NCBI RefSeq assembly: GCF_963921235.1
Contig: NC_086126.1
Span: forward strand, 18,662,001-18,726,000
Source: Mobula hypostoma
Lineage: Eukaryota
DNA length: 64,000 bases
Reading direction: 5' to 3'
Both the position numbers and the translations under genes were made by a program. A model generated the notes under the pieces. That model worked only from the letters and a program-made list of their open reading frames with translations. It was not told the DNA's origin and did not search any database. Shown here piece by piece: positions 62,961 through 64,000 of this stretch (the stretch's first letter is position 1; every line of letters starts with the position of its first letter).

Positions 62961-63729
62961 CAGGATGGGCGCATGAAACAGCACCAGTGGCACAGAAAGA
63001 GTCGAGAATGGATACTCAGGAAAGGATGCCGAAGACCTTCACCAGGATGCTCCACAGATTAGAGTATAGGAGGTCTAAGGAAAGTTTAGACAAACTTGTG
63101 TTCTCCCTGGGACCTCAAAAGCTGAGTGGAAACCCAATGGAGGTGTTTAAAATCATGACAGGTAGTCAGAATCATTTCCCCATGGTAGAAGTGCCAATAG
63201 GAGAGGACATGTTTTTGATAGCAATGGAAGCAGACAGTTGGTGGAGATTAAGAGGCTTTTAGATGAACATGTGGATATGAAGTGACTGGAGGGATATGGA
63301 TAATAAACATGAAGAGGACATTTAATATGAATTAGCATCAGTGTTAGTACAATATAATGGGGCGAATGACCTTTCCCATGCTGTATCTGTTTGTTTGTTC
63401 CATATTCCAAGAAAAGGAACATGAAATGTCATGAGTGAGATTAAGAAAATTCAATGGTATTTTATAGACTTTTAAAGCAGGATGTTTGCAGTGGGGAATG
63501 CAGGAGCTCTCAGAAATAAACGAGGGAATTTCTGCCAGAAGCCGAAATATGTGAGTAAAATACTAAATAAGTACTTTGCATCTTTATATCGGTAGATGAA
63601 ATTTAATGCAGACAATTGTGAGGTGTTGTACATACATTTTGCAAACACTGTATTCCATCTGCCACATTTTGCCCATTCTTCTAATTTGTCTAATTCCTAC
63701 TACAATCACATTGCTTCCTCAGCACTATC

Positions 63730-64000
63730 TAATAGAAACAGGTGAATTGATTATGGGGAGCAAGGACATGGCAGACCAATTGAAGAATTACTTTGGTTCT
63801 GTCTTCACTAAGGAGGACATAAATAATCTTCCAGAAATAGTAGGGGACAGAGGGTCCAGTGAGAATGAGGAACTGAGCGAAATACATGTTAGTAGGGAAG
63901 TGGTGTTAGGTAAATTGAAGGGATTGAAGGCAGATAAATCCCCAGGGCCAGATGGTCTGCATCCTAGAGTGCTTAAGGAAGTAGCCCAAGAAATAGTGGA
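63730..64000 (+). mobile_element. CR1 LINE fragment running off the window
   Basis: MADQLKNYFGSVFTKED...LKADKSPGPDGLHPRVLKEVA. Confidence 0.9.

Overview
Eukaryotic, repeat-rich vertebrate DNA. The repeat inventory (CR1, Rex1/Babar, Penelope-like and Nimb/I LINEs) and the histone-plus-C2H2-ZNF layout suggest a cartilaginous fish, probably a ray; this is an inference. The core (about 19.7-39.8 kb) is a replication-dependent histone cluster showing birth-and-death turnover. It holds intact H4(+), H3.2-type(+, with an A29T change), H2A(-) and H2B(-) genes with 3' stem-loops, a frameshifted H1(-), a second H2B(-) with a destroyed stem-loop, an orphan H4 3' end, an orphan H2A-type promoter and a decayed C2H2 zinc-finger exon. 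A ~3.1 kb inverted segmental duplication (16615-19709 / 43444-46546) brackets the cluster. Non-coding highlights are: (1) a 46-bp x ~18 minisatellite with a co-oriented CTCF-core-like motif in every unit, next to a tRNA-Ser pseudogene with an intact B-box; (2) two distant CpG-rich promoters sharing an RFX-CRE-E-box-GC-PBX/PREP motif order with identical CRE-to-E-box spacing; (3) Penelope-derived hammerhead ribozyme motifs, including a 183-bp fold-back with two back-to-back hammerheads; (4) a TSD-flanked 476-bp structured retro-insertion; (5) an env-only ERV relic. Transposon boundaries were read by eye and are approximate.
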